A stretch of DNA of 64,000 nucleotides, taken from positions 47,864,001-47,928,000 of the forward strand of contig OZ024740.1 in the NCBI GenBank assembly GCA_964016885.1, read 5' to 3'. This DNA is from Eledone cirrhosa (Eukaryota). Position 1 is the stretch's first letter, and each line of letters begins with the position of its first letter. Shown here in pieces: positions 63,111 through 64,000 of the stretch. The notes under the pieces are model-generated. The model was given only the letters and a program-made list of their open reading frames with translations, was not told the origin of the DNA and did not search any database. Made by a program: the position numbers and the translations under genes.

Positions 63111-64000
63111 GAAGGAAGGGGTGATTACGTCGATTGAGGAAGGAAGGGGTGATTACGTCGACTGAGGAAGGGAGGAGTGATTATGTCGACTGAGGAAGGA
63201 AGGGTGATAATGTCGATTGAGGAAGGAAGGGGTGATTACGTCGACTGAGGAAGGGCGGAGTGATTACGTCGACTGAGGAAGGAAGGGGTGATAACGTCGA
63301 TTGAGGAAGGAAGGGGTGATAACGTCGATTGAGGAAGGAAGGGGTGATTACGTCGACTGAGGAAGGGAGGAGTGTTTATGTCGACTGAAAAAGGAAGGGG
63401 TAATTACGTCGACTGAGGAAGGAAGGGTGATAACGTCGATTGAGGAAGGAAGGGGTGATAACGTCGATTGAGGAAGGAAGGGGTGATCACGTCGACTGAG
63501 GAAGGGAGGGTGATTACGTCGACTGAGGAAGGAAGGGTGATAATGTCGATTGAGGAAGGAAGGGGTAATTACATCGACTGAGGAAGGAAGGGGTGATTAC
63601 GTCGACTGAGGAAGGAAGGGTGATTACGTCGACTGAGGAAGGAAGGGTGATTACGTCGACTGAGGAAGGAACGGGTGATTACGTCGACTGAGGAAGGAAG
63701 GGTGATTACGTCGACTGAGGAAGGAAGGGTGATTACGTCGACTGAAGAAGGGAGAGTGATTACGTCGACTGAGGAAGGAACGGGTGATTACGTCGACTGA
63801 GGAAGGAAGGGTGATTACGTCGACTGAGGAAGGAACGGGTGATTACGTCGACTGAGGAAGGAAGGGTGATTACGTCGACTGAGGAAGGAACGGGTGATTA
63901 CGTCGACTGAGGAAGGAAGGGTGATTACGTCGACTGAGGAAGGAACGGGTGATTACGTCGACTGAGGAAGGAAGGGTGATTACGTCGACTGAGGAAGGAA
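63110..64000. repeat. 27/28-bp minisatellite running off the window
   Basis: Unit GAGGAAGGAAGGG(G)TGATTACGTCGACT. Confidence 0.97.

Noticed and set aside
63110-64000. CRISPR array or hammerhead array (CTGAGGA in most units)
   Set aside because: No unique spacers or cas genes; no GAAA core and no helix I or II pairing

Overview
AT-rich eukaryotic DNA, almost all repeat-derived, with no recognisable host protein-coding gene. The (TA)n/(CA)n/(ATAC)n microsatellites and tRNA-headed SINEs suggest a mollusc, probably an octopod cephalopod (inference). LINEs: near-full-length RTE (23.7-27.9 kb) and Tx1/L1-like (40.3-45.2 kb) elements, plus fragments of RTE, R4/Dong, CRE, CR1/Jockey-group and Penelope-like elements (PLEs). 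Also present: a fossil hAT transposase, MITEs, non-autonomous Helitrons, many SINEs and long hairpins. The main signal is non-coding catalytic RNA. At least three small repeat families in or beside (TA)n tracts carry type I hammerhead ribozymes. One is a ~420-bp retrozyme-like tandem unit whose helices differ in sequence between loci while keeping base pairing. Other observations: a candidate HDV-like ribozyme in an RTE-derived element, a complementary 5'/3' UTR clamp in the RTE, a PHD finger inside an RT, and two Helitrons each inserted in the 5' target-site duplication (TSD) of a SINE. Element boundaries are approximate and family names come from motifs read by eye, not database searches.
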